The notes below the pieces were generated by a model. That model was not told the DNA's origin. It was given only the letters and a program-made list of their open reading frames with translations, and ran no database searches. Below are positions 24,005 through 35,494 of a stretch of DNA of 64,000 bases, in pieces (position 1 is the first letter of the stretch; each line of letters begins with the position of its first letter). The stretch comes from Paraspadella gotoi (taxonomy: Eukaryota; Animalia; Chaetognatha): positions 2,246,677 to 2,310,676 of the forward strand of contig CM119271.1 of the NCBI GenBank assembly GCA_051294375.1, in the 5' to 3' direction. The position numbers and the translations under genes were made by a program.

Positions 24005-24864
24005 TCACAAGTAGCCCATGGATCCTTCGCTACCAGAGTAGAAACCGTTATAATCTAGTCTTAGTAATAATTGAGAAAGATGAGGCGAAGGCTAAAAAAA
24101 AAAGGAGAAATATATATTTTTTTAAAATATGAATTTAAAATAGGACGAGGGATACGAAAAAAAATTTACGGACAATGGCAAATACCTGCATGGACTTTGA
24201 GCGCGATAGAGATTTGAAAAGAACGCGAAAATAATTCGAGAATGATTTTGCGATTTCCTCCAATTTGACCGAGGCTTCTTCAGCCGCCTCTACTGCGGGA
24301 GATTCGTTGAGAATCTTGGCGATCCTGGAGTTTTAATTTGAGTTTTATCACTATTTTTCGAGAAAATGAATCGTGATTCATGAGCTTGAAAAAAGTCCGA
24401 TAAATAATAGGAGAGCATGAGGAGAAGAGGATGAAGAGAAGAGGAAGAAGATGAGGAGAAAAAGAAAGAATATAAAAGAAAAAAAAAGCTGGGAAAACAA
24501 AAGTCTACGAAAGCCTCGCTACAAAAAAAAAGCCAACGAAGAACGAGTTTGCAACAACAACCGATCTCGTAGTCAAAAATTCGCCAGGAATCGCCCCAAC
24601 AAAAGACATGAAACAAAATAAACTCATGAAAGAGAAAAAATAAAAGCAAACCTGATGAACTCTTCAATCTGTTGCAGGATTCCCTGGATTGATTGAGTCG
24701 TGACGCATTTCTGAAGGAAGCATTGGGAGAGTAGAGATGCGACGAAAGTTTCCAGACTCAAACGGCATTCCTCGAAGTCTCTCGTCGCCTTGATCTTGTC
24801 CACGAGGCGGGAAAAGAGGGATTCGATCACGTCCACCTGGAAGAATGTCAAAAGAAGTTTATAA

Positions 24865-24917
<53 letters not shown>

Positions 24918-27420
24918 GCCATAACATTTAATAGACAACTTTCGTTTAATACAATTTAATTGTCCAAAATCAATTTAAACCCAAAACTCAAACAGCACTC
25001 GCCTGCAAATAATACTGGAGATTATCGATGAGAAATCCCATGTGGTTTCTCAGTTGCCAGAAGAGCGTGGCGTTGAACCAACTCTTTTTGCTTTGATCCG
25101 CGCGCATTTGATTCATCCAACTCTGTTGGATTTCCACTTGAACCCTCTTCACGTAAAGAAGGAATCTGGACGATAGAAGACGATATTAATATCAATATTA
25201 ATATTAATAGCGTCAATCAATAAATTCGATTTCCCTTTTACCCACCTAAACACAGTGTCAAACTGTTGCACGATCTTGGGCGTGAACAACAAATGCAGGG
25301 GCCAAGAAGGCATGTACTGCAAGCCCAACTGTTGCCAACCGTTCTTGGGAGGATCGGGCGGGGCGGCCAAGGAGCCCGTCGTCGAGTCCTGTCCGTTGGT
25401 CTCCGATGCGTCTCTCTGGTGCTGCTGCCTGGCGGTGGTGAGGAAAGTGGCCTTGCGGGGAAAGTCTTTAGTGTCGATGGTGAGACGAAACTCTCTCGTC
25501 AAGACGTCGTCGTCGATGAGGAGTTGACGATAGGATTGTTGGAGCGAGACGTTGACGTCGTGTTCCGTCTTGCTGGTGGGAGGGCCGCTGCCGAAAGAGG
25601 GCAGAGGGTCGTAAATCATAGAAACACAGACTGATCGACAAATTACTGCAATATCATACTCACGTCAACATGGGCATGGCCTGGTCGATAAAGGTGAGGA
25701 AGAGCTCACCCCTACCCAAGAGGTAAAAATCCTTTATGACGCACAACTTGGCAAATAGGTCGGCTTCCTGAACCATGAGCTTCCATAGCAGGGAGGCGAC
25801 GATACCGCGGATTTCGTCGACGACCGCTTCCAGGTCGGACAAGCGGAACTCGGCAGCGTTGCGGAGTTGGATGAGTTTTCGGGAATAGCTAAATTTAAGA
25901 AAATGAACAGGTATGGCAACGGGAGGATAGCCTGTGATACCCGGGGCGCGGGGTATCTCACCAACTGGCGTAGGGGCTGCGGACCCTCAGTGACCGCCTC
26001 CTGTCACTGGCATGTTTATACCGGCACCGTCACATTTAAGCCAGAACCGGGATACCCAGGGATTGAACCCGGGACGCACGGATGGAATGAGATGATTTAG
26101 CCTGCTCAGCCATTGAGACGAGGCTGAGGACGGACAGCAGTGAGGCAGCTTTAAGTCTTGCTGCCACACAGAACAATTTTTTTAACAGGTTGGAAAAAAT
26201 AAGAATCTTAAAAATAAAAAAAATACGTATTTACTACCATTGTAAATTAAAACAAACGACCCAAATGCCATCCCCGATTCCAACACTCACGTTTCCGCCA
26301 TGGCGACCAGCTCCTCCGCCGCCTTGCTCGTCCGCACCTTCCGCCGGGACGTCGGCTCTTCCGACTGAAACAACGTGACCGCCTGGCCGACGAAGAGGAT
26401 CTTGTCGGCCACTCGCGCCCCCATGTAGGAGGGAAGCAGGTCGCCGCGAATGCGATGGACGACGCCGGCGTCGGCGGAGGCCGGCTCAGCCTCGACGAAA
26501 AACTCGGCGAAAGGATCGAAAAGGGAACCGTGGAGCATCCAGGAGATGAGCTGCTTGTACAGAGGGGCGTGGCAGTGGACGAAGAGTTTCTGGGTTGGGA
26601 GGGATAATTAGCTTCATGAGATTTCATTAAGAAACAATCTCACAATCGTTTCTCGCAACCTTCAAACCTTGACGGCGTTTTGCACGAAGGGGACCCCGTG
26701 GGCGGAGTTACGGTGGACGATTTCCAGGATGAAGCAGCCGTGCGCCTTGGAGTCGGCGACCTCATCGAGGATGCGACCGAAGGCGGGGAAGAGGACGAAG
26801 TAGTCGCCCAGACGAGCTTTGATGTGGGCGACGGGGAGATGGGGATCGCGGAGTAATTCCTAGAAAAGATCCAGAAATTGAAGATTTATCCAATTTTGTT
26901 GACGATTTTAGATTTACTATAGTAATGTCGACAAATGTCGTATTCTCATTGAATTTTGCAGCCTTAGATCCACTTCCCCCGTCAGCCGACACCTCACCTG
27001 CTCCAGCGCCAGAACCAACTTTCGGTAAGGGCCCAGCACCACGTTGAGTCCGTAGGCGAGCGATCGGAGATAGAGACCAGGATTTAGTGCGACCTCTTCG
27101 CTGGTGGAAGAAGTGGGAGCCGGCGGAGGACGCAGGTTAAACTTATCGTAGCGTTTGATGAAATTCTTGAAGCGAAGATAGAAGGTGGCGATCTGACAGA
27201 GCGATTCGAGCTCCTCGCGCTCTTGGGCGTGAAGGAAGGGGAGATTGGTGGCCACGCGGATCATGTCGTTCTTTACAGAAAGAGAGAAAGGAAGAAAAAA
27301 ACGGATTCGTTTATTAGTAATTTTTTTATAAATATATCCTATTCCAATGATTTTTACCTTTTCTTGAACGAACACGTTTCCGGGCCATCCGTTGAGCGCG
27401 TATATCAATGCGTGCAACAT
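24005..27420 (-). CDS. TUBGCP4: Gamma-tubulin complex component 4
   Basis: Motifs MLHALIYALNGWPGNVF, GLYLRSLAYGL, KQLISWMLHGSLFDPFAEFF and KDFYLLGRGELF, ending HLSQLLLRLDYNGFY. Confidence 0.93.
24865..24917. repeat. (AAT)n microsatellite (intronic)
   Basis: Read directly from the sequence. Confidence 0.95.
25912..26168 (-). mobile_element. Solo LTR, family B, with tRNA-type A/B boxes (TUBGCP4 intron)
   Basis: Minus strand reads TGTGGCAG...GTTGCCATA, with A box TGGCTGAGCAGG and B box GGTTCAATCCC. Flanks are CAGG/CAGA. Homologous to 30551-30782. Confidence 0.82.
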
Positions 27421-27519
27421 TTTAACCAACTTACTCTGTCGCCTGAAAAACAACAACAACAACCATCGAAAAGGGATAAGGATTAACAAATCAAAATAAA
27501 AAACAATGGTGGCCCAGCT

Positions 27520-28212
27520 TCAGAGCAGCGACAAAAAATCCTTTAAACTTTTCGCCTCTGTCCCCTCCCCTTTACTCTCGACCGACTTTAACAACATTGA
27601 AATCTCCGCGCATTTTTTGTTTTTCGTTTTCTCCTTTCTCATTTCGAGAGTTCGTCGCTTTTCGGTCTTGCCTTCACTTCTTCTTCCATCCTTCGACGCC
27701 ACGCCCTCACGTCTGTTCCTCCTCTTTGTCGTTCGTCCGCAAGAAGAACATTTCGTCGTCGTCGTCGTGGCGTAGTCGGCGAATCGTCGAAGGAATCGGC
27801 GCTGCGTCCGGGAGAGTCCGTCTGGGCTTTCGACTCGTTTCGACGACAATTTTGCCAGTTTTTTGACGAGGATTTTCTCCTTTTTCGTGCGGACTCTGAC
27901 GTTGGCTTTGCGAACGGCGTTTGGGGCGGCGTCATCGCGCGAAATGTCAACGCGTGCGACGCCGCAGTGTGCGCAAAACGAAGAGGCGACGTTGTCCAGA
28001 AAGTTTGAAAGCGACAGCGTCTCGGCCGCTTCCTCCTTTGTCCTTTTGACTTCCGAAGCGAGAATGGCGAAAATCTGAGCGAGGGAAGTTTTATCCTCGG
28101 ATCGAAGAAAAAGTCGCGACGCGTTCCAGCGATGCAAAGTCGTCAAGAGTTTGGATCGCAAGGGTTGTTTGAAATCCTTTTGCTCGATGAGCGGGAGCAA
28201 AATATCCTCCAT
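27520..28212 (-). CDS. C18orf21/Rpp21-Rpr2-like zinc-ribbon protein (RNase MRP/P subunit-like)
   Basis: Intronless ORF with FCAHCG...VRVR...KCSSCGRT paired CxxC motifs and a basic tail ending LKDFLSLL. Confidence 0.6.
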   Translation of the reverse strand: MEDILLPLIEQKDFKQPLRSKLLTTLHRWNASRLFLRSEDKTSLAQIFAILASEVKRTKEEAAETLSLSNFLDNVASSFCAHCGVARVDISRDDAAPNAVRKANVRVRTKKEKILVKKLAKLSSKRVESPDGLSRTQRRFLRRFADYATTTTTKCSSCGRTTKRRNRREGVASKDGRRSEGKTEKRRTLEMRKEKTKNKKCAEISMLLKSVESKGEGTEAKSLKDFLSLL

Positions 28213-28634
28213 TGCCAAAAACCAGTACACTGTGTACTAGAGTGGAGCACCCGAGAACAAAAAAATTATTTGAATGATCGAACAAGGAGATTTAGATGTG
28301 AGATAGTATGATTAACTAGTACAAAAAATATTTTGTTCTTATTGTCTCGGGAACAGAATAGTAAAATATAATATATTTGTAGTGTAGTATAATATAGTAA
28401 TATAATGTAATATTTTTATAAAATAATAAATTTTAAAAATAATTTTTTAAAAACTTTTAATAAAGATTCAGACTCTTCATAAAAAGTTGAATCAAAAATA
28501 TAGAACATGTTATCAAATATTCTGTCATCTTCAGTGTTTAAAGATAAAACGGGGGGGGGGGAAAGCAAAAATTCATTATTTTTTTTTTCAGTAGTAGAAA
28601 CTTATATATGTTAAAACTTTTTAATCATTTTTTG

Positions 28635-28644
28635 NNNNNNNNNN
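28635..28644. other. Scaffold gap (10 N)
   Basis: Run of n characters. Confidence 1.
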
Positions 28645-28870
28645 CTCTTTCTCTCTCCCCCTTTTTTGGACCTTTTATATACCTTTTCGGATAGAGTATA
28701 GACCTCAGTTGTGAAATAAATTTATTCTCCGCCCATTCCCTTCGGTTTCTTCTAGACGTGAGACTTAGTTAGGCCCGGAGCCCTTCAGTTAGAGTGGCGC
28801 CCTCGTGTCGTCGCTCGAACTTTAACCACAAAAGTCCTTGACCCCTCCCCCGAACTTCACCCACTTTACA
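28645..28870. mobile_element. Probable truncated LTR fragment abutting the gap
   Basis: GC-richer block with AATAAA, ending ...CTTTACA. It is absent from the otherwise similar copy of the flank left of the gap. Confidence 0.35.
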
Positions 28871-29950
28871 ATATATTTGTAGTAATATTCTTATAAATTA
28901 ATTAATTTTTAAAATAATTTTTTAAAAAACTTTTAATAAAGATTCAGATTCTTCGTAAAAAGTTGAATCAAAAATATAAAACATGTTATCAAAAATTCTG
29001 TCATCTTCAGCATTTAAAACAGAGAACAAAGGTGAAAATTTATGACTTTTCTATTCTCTGCAGTAAAAACTTACATATGTTAAAACGTTTTAGTCATTTT
29101 TTGTGGTCTAAACATTAAAATATCATATAACATATTTATAAAAGTTTCTTAGTTTTTTACGGCGAACCCAAATCTGTTTTTAAAAATAAAAATAAAAATT
29201 TTAAATTTAACGATTTTATAAGGATATTACTACATAAATAATTTTAAAAAAAATTTTAAAAAGATTTAAAATTCATTAATTATATGCCCATAGGCAGCAA
29301 AAAAATAATGTTCAATTAATCAATCTTTTCATCACTCCACCCTACTGTGTACCGTGTGTAAACCTGTATAGTGTATACTGTATAAGGCTTAAGCCGTGAT
29401 AAATGCTTTTCGCCGAATGAAAGAAATCTTTGCCACCAAAAGGCTTTTTTCTTATTTGTAAAAATACATTGTAAAACGGCTCGTGAACATTGAACAAGCA
29501 TAATTGAGGAATGAAAAAAGAAACGGGAGTGACTAGTTAAAAACTTGAAGGCACATATTATCACCGGGAAAAGGTAACAAGTAAAAAATATCAAATTTTT
29601 GCAAGACATGATTATGCCACAATCATACCGAAAAAAACCGAAGAAAAAAATTCAAGAGGCGTCAATGGGAAAGGTATAAACGGTAACGAGTAACCCAATT
29701 GTAGAATCAATCGCAACTCACGTTGAGCTTAAAGAGGATTTCACCGAGAAAAGAAACGCAATCAGTGAAAACGCTGATGGGAATTCCAAGTACGTAATTG
29801 CCATAATATACAGAATGTAGCTTAGGGTCTGTAAAAATCCGATGTCGAGTTCGAAAGGTGCTCATCTAGTCGTATCAAGTACGATCTAATACTTTTTAAT
29901 GGCGCATTCTCTTTTTTTTTTTCAGTACGCGTGATTTCTTCATCCTCTCC

Positions 29951-31900
29951 TCACAGAATGGCGCAGTTGCCGCAGCAACGACTGGGATAATCGGGAAAGT
30001 GACACATCCTTTCGTCGCCGAAGACCCAGAAGACGTGCTCGTTGGCCTTGAAGGAGGCCCTGATCTCCGTGACGGGAACGGCCCTCAGCGCCTGTCGCTG
30101 GTACAGCATCCTCTTCTGCGGCCAAGCGGTGCTGTGCTTGCGGACTAAATCGGCGCTCTTCTCGTTGATCTCGCGGATCTTGTAACCGACGATGGGGCCG
30201 ACGCGGGGCACGGACTGTTCGAAGACCTGAGAGAAAGTTTTTGTAAAAGATGTGAATTTTACATGAGACAGGCTTCTTATTCCTCAATAATACACACACA
30301 CCTTCTGGCCGGAGACGTTCTTGATCAATTCTTCAGGCAAATGGGTCCTCTCGTAGACGTAGTCGTCCTTCATGACTTCGAATTTGACTTTCATCTGAAT
30401 GAAGGACTTGAGCATGCGGTAACCCTCGCACTTGCCGCATTTGACCATGCCGCGCCCGTGGCAGTGTATGCAGTTCTTGCAGCCCCTTCCGTTGCATGAA
30501 AAGCAGTTGCGTTGGACCTGGCGACTCTCACCGTCCTAAATATAGTAATTTGTGGCAGTACGACTTAAAAGCTGTCTCACTGCTGTTTTTTAATGGCTAA
30601 AACATCTCGTTTCAACCGTGTGTCCCGGGTTCAAACCCTGGGTATCCCGGTTCTGGCTTAAATGTCACGAAACCGGTTTAAACAAGCCAGTGACAGGAGG
30701 CGGTCACCGAGGATCCACAGCCCCTACGCCAGTTGAGCTACCCCGCGACCGGGGTATGACAGGCAATCCTCCCGTTGCCATAATTTCATCGTTTATATAT
30801 AAACGCTTACCTGAAACTCGGTGGTCGTGGTGGTGCCAGACCCGTTGCAGCTATGGCATCTCTCCTCGCCACGTCCGTGGCAATGCCAGCAGCGCACGAA
30901 CCCGCGGGCGAAGCACTTGTTGCAAGCCACGACCGAAGCCGTGTGGGGAACCTCTATTTTCTGCTCCGAAGGAGCGAAATGGGAGATCGGTTGTACGGGA
31001 ATGGACCACGGCGGAGGCGGCGGGCCGTTGTGGGGTCCGTCGATTGCGCCACCAACGTAGGGCACCGTTTTGGCCTGAAGATAAAAGAAGAAGAGGGGGC
31101 GGGAAGGGAAAATTAAAAACGAGAATTACAGCAATTGCCTCGACTTTTTAAAACCATCTCTTCTACCTTTGTATTTCTCGTCTCGTTAAAAGTCTCCAGC
31201 GTGTAGTGCAGCGCGGGCACCGGTTCGATGCTATTCAACCTCATATCTTTCGCTGGCGCGTCGCCCCAGCAGCAGTTGTCGCCGACTAGGACGAGGAGGC
31301 TCTCGCGGACGACGTCCTCCGATATTTCGGAGGCGCCGCGGAATTCTGCCATCGCCATGTCGGGAGTCTCCGGCGGAGGGAGAGAGTCATATGAGGGCGG
31401 AGGCGGGAGATAGTCCGTGTCGTAATTAACGCCCTGAGAGTGGGGTTGAAAATAATCAACTGAAATGGTAGCATGCTATCCAAATGTAAACTAATTAAGA
31501 GGGGCAAAGTAAAATATATTTAATGTTTAATTCACCAACCAACCTCGTATCCAGTGTAGACGGGCGGCGGTGGCATGGCTGGCGCCGTAGGTTCGTGACC
31601 TGGTTGGCCGCCGGCGACTCCGATGTCGGGTCCCTGATACTTCATTCCCGCCGTGGGCGTCCAAGCCTCCAAAGACTGAGTGGTCACACCGATATTGGGC
31701 GCGGGATAGGCGCCTGGTTGAGGCGGTTGCGGGGGCGGGTAGCCCGCTCCTGGTTGAGACGGAGGGTAGCCGGCGCCTTGAGGTGGATAACCCGCCCCTT
31801 GTTGCGGAGGCGGGAAGCCTGTCCCTGGTTGTGGGGGCGGGTAGCCCGGCTGGGGAGGAGGATAGCCGGCCGCCGCCCCCGACGGTGGATAACCTGACAT
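29951..31900 (-). CDS. SSUH2: Protein SSUH2 homolog (DnaJ-type CxxCxGxG repeats)
   Basis: GYPP-rich N-terminus, HYTLETFNETR, IEVPHTASVVACNKCFARG, repeated CxxCxGxG, and C-terminal HVFWVFGDERMCHFPDYPSRCCGNCAIL (CaaX). Confidence 0.9.
30551..30782 (+). mobile_element. Solo LTR, family B (SSUH2 intron)
   Basis: TGTGGCAG...GTTGCCATA ends and B box GGTTCAAACCC at 30628. Homologous to 25912-26168. Confidence 0.82.
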
Positions 31901-32125
31901 TTTTTGAAATTTCTAATTCGTTCCGTTTTCAAAATTGAAAGTTTTCTCAACCAAGCAAGGCACGATTTCTAAAAGGAAATAAACGAAATGATGTAAAGGA
32001 GAACAGACGAGCATAGTAGAACATTGAAGTTGATTGAAAAGTAATCAATCTCGTCCGAGTCAAAAAAAAATTGGTACAATTAATTACTATAATTCGTGGA
32101 GAAACGCAAAACAAAAAGTTCCAGG

Positions 32126-34036
32126 TTATTTAGTCCCCGACACAAGGCTGTTGAGAATCCTGTTGAAGGCTTTTAGCATGACACGTCGCGTGTAAGAGCG
32201 AATTCTTATCGACTGACTTCCGACCTTGATGGCGTGCTCTTGCAACTAGCGAGTTCCGGTAAAAATGTTGACAAATTTAAATTGGTATAACAAATATAAA
32301 AATTATCCAATCACTTAGTAAATAAGCTATCTCGCCCCCGACTTGAGACGGCCTAAATTGTGAAAATACTTAGCGATCCTCATTAACCAAACAACACAAA
32401 AAAGACGATCCTCGGCCGACTCACGTGCATCTGCTCCAAAATAGGAAGTCGACTCCAAAATTCGGAGAATATTTTGTCAAAATGCGTCTTGGCTGCTGGG
32501 TCGAGCCGATTCTTGGTGGGGGAGGAACAGGCGGCACCCCGGGCCACCTCGTTGAGCAGACTTTTGAAAATCCTTGATGAAAGGAGAGGTAGGAAAGAGG
32601 GGGAAGAAGAGAAAAATGGACACCTGAATCACCAAAAATTTACTATTCTGCCTGCGGGACTTCGCGGGATGCCAATATAAGTGAGTCTTGGCTCACAAGG
32701 CTGAATAAGGTAACTATTGTGGAATAACGGGCGAATAAAACCTGAAATGGGGATGAGTAGTGGTCAGACTCTCCTGAGTGGCGACCTTGGCGAAGAGTTC
32801 CATATTTTTCGATTCGAAGACATCTTCGACCGCGACTTGTTTTCGAGCGATTCCGCGACTAGAAACGTTTTCCCGACCAAAATAGATTATTATATTTATA
32901 CATGAGGGTAGTCAAATGGAAAAGCATTTTTTCTTAAAATATGTTTTTTTTTCTCGGAAAAACATCACCACATTCCGTCCGTAACAGTCCAAGCTTCCAA
33001 AAATATCTGATTCAATTGTTTTACTTCCCAGGACCATATTTCCATATCCCCACACTCCACCCCCCCTCACGTCGGTTTCTCGACGACCCAAGGAATGGCG
33101 TTGTCTTGGCTCGCTCCGACTTTCTTTTTCCCTTCGTCTTCCGCCTTCGACGTCAAATCGGGAAAGAAGCACCTGACCAAGTCGTCGGGGACCAGGGCGG
33201 CCGACTGAGCAAGTTCCGGCGCTAATTCCGGCGTCGGCGGCTCCAGCGGCTCCGACAGCGAAGAGACGCTCGTGTTGCCGGCGAAGTCGTTGAGGAGGTT
33301 CTTAGTGGGGCCGGCGCCGAAAGCCGGAGCGGACGGAGGCGGTCGCCGAGGAGCGGGCGAGCGTCGAGCGGGGCAGAGAGCCTTCGACTGGGCCAAAACG
33401 GCAGAGGGGACAGCCGAAAGGACACCGGAAACCGTCGGAAGTACCGAAGTTGCGTCAGGAGAAACGAGCGAGAGACGGACGCCTGTCGAAAATGAATCTT
33501 TGACAGCCGTCTCGTACTTTTCGGCCATGACTCGAGGACTTTTCGAATCGGAATTTTTCGTGGTAGTGTTTTTATCTGGAGGAACACATCCGCTCTCTAA
33601 CTTTAAGATTTCGTTTTCTTTCTGGATAGGATGTGTTCCGGGCAGCGGCTGTGACGGCGACACGCGAGGGAAACGTTGGCAAATTAGCACAATTTAGCTT
33701 ATTTTGTCTTATTTTGTCTAGCCTATTCTAAAACAACTCATCTTTTATCGTTGGGCCCTAACTTTTTGAAACATAACATAACCCAACCGCTCATTAAATT
33801 CAAAATAATTAACTGACGATGGATTCGTCGCTCGCCGATTTCGACCCGGACTTCCCGAGCTGCTGGTGCTGCGTTACCCGTGCAGGCAAAGACGGCGCCG
33901 GCCGCTGCCGGGAGATGGTGATGTTTTGAAGGTCTTCGTCCACCAAGACGCACCAGCCGTCATAAGGGCACCACTCCATCATTTGACAAACTTTAGTCAT
34001 GATTGACTGAAACTCGTGAATTTTCGACATTTTCAT
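32126..34036 (-). CDS. Uncharacterised multi-exon protein (model uncertain)
   Basis: Exon-like ORFs MKMSKIHEFQSIMTKVCQMMEWCPYDGW, a Ser/Pro-rich exon, KSLLNEVARG..LDPAAKTHFDKIFSEFWSRLP and a terminal exon LQEHAIK..LVSGTK*. Internal phases are not fully resolved. Confidence 0.55.
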
Positions 34037-34405
34037 CGAAAGTCGATTTAGTTGTTGTTCTTGCGCCTGTTATTGGAACGACGCGGTTAGAAAAAACAAA
34101 AAACTAGTACACTGATGGACGACTGGCTAAAACTATTCGCTTTTAGTGAAAACCCTCGGTAAATGAACAAAGAAAAATATCTCCACTAAAGGGAGGTAGG
34201 GTTGGCTACAAAGACTTCAAATATATTTTTATCTCCATAGATGCAACGTAAGGGGAAGAATCAAATGAGAAACTTAGAGAAAGACGGGAAGACGGGGGAA
34301 ATGCGAAAAAAAAGCATTTTCTTCCAAAGTCTGTTGGGGGGAAAAAAGAGTGCGATGTGTTCCTTCTCAAAATGTTTTGCAAGGCTTGATATATTGTGCT
34401 TTTTC

Positions 34406-35375
34406 TTAAATAATGGGCTCGACTCCCATGCATTCCAATTCCTCGTCCGAGGGCAGGAGAACCCTCTCGCAGGGGATGTAGTCTGGATCGATGTGAGGGA
34501 TTCCGAGAGCTTCGCGCCGCGCCAACTCCAGATGAGCCTCGCGCTGAACCCAATCGAATTGTCTGAAACCCAAGGGAAGAGAATATTTTGAAAGTTACAC
34601 TTCAAACCCCGGGACAATCCAACCTATCTCACTTGAAGTCGGGGGTGTAATATCCGCAAAAAAAGACGAAAATGACTTGAAAAACCATGAGAAAGGAGAA
34701 AAACCGAAAGTGGGCGTAGTCTTCCATTCGGTCCGTCAAGCTAAACCCATAGGATCTCCAGTTTTCTTTCGAGTTGAGATCCACGCGGTTGAGTCGCATG
34801 AGGTAATTGGACTCCTCCTCCATCTTTTCAGGGGTCCAACTTTGCCAATTGTCCGCATCGGCGCCCCAGCCCTGGAGAGGAAAAGGAGGAAAATGACGGG
34901 AACGAAAGACGGAAGGACGGAATGAGGCAAGAAATATACCAGACGAGCGGCCTCGTCGCCACCAACGTCGCCGCCGCCCCGTTGCCAGTCGATGCCGTCC
35001 TTCCAAGGGGGGAACGTATCTAGGCGGTCCATCTTTCTTGACGAGTCGTTTCCACCGCATCTGCCGGATTAAAAACACGTCGGACGCAGAAAAAAAATTT
35101 GTGTTTTATTCTTTTATATTCTTATTGTGAATAATGAATAAAGAATTATTGCCATTACTAATGGCATCAGCCGTATACCATTTCTTTCTAAATCAAAAAG
35201 ACCAGAGTTGCTAAACGCACCTTACGACGGCCGTGTGAAAGAGTCTTCCAATTTTCGGGACTCCCACCTCGCTCAGTTTCTGCCTTGATGCCGCGTTTAA
35301 CGAAGCTCTCGCGGCGCAGCGGAGCAACCCCTTCCTAAGCGCCGCCGCTTGCTGCAGCACCAACGTTGGCGCCAT
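34406..35375 (-). CDS. NDUFB11: NADH dehydrogenase 1 beta subcomplex subunit 11 (ESSS)
   Basis: Mitochondrial-type N-terminus, then NWRSYGFS..DRMEDY..[TM]..YYTPDF / DWVQREAHLELARREALGIPHIDPDY...LPSDEEL. Confidence 0.85.
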
Positions 35376-35494
35376 TGAAAACTTTACTTTAACGAAAAAT
35401 AAAACTATGAAATATCGAGTGAAAAGATCAACCGGTCGAAGGTAAGTATTTTTAAACAGACTGGCAAAACATAAAAAACAACTAAATTAGCCTC

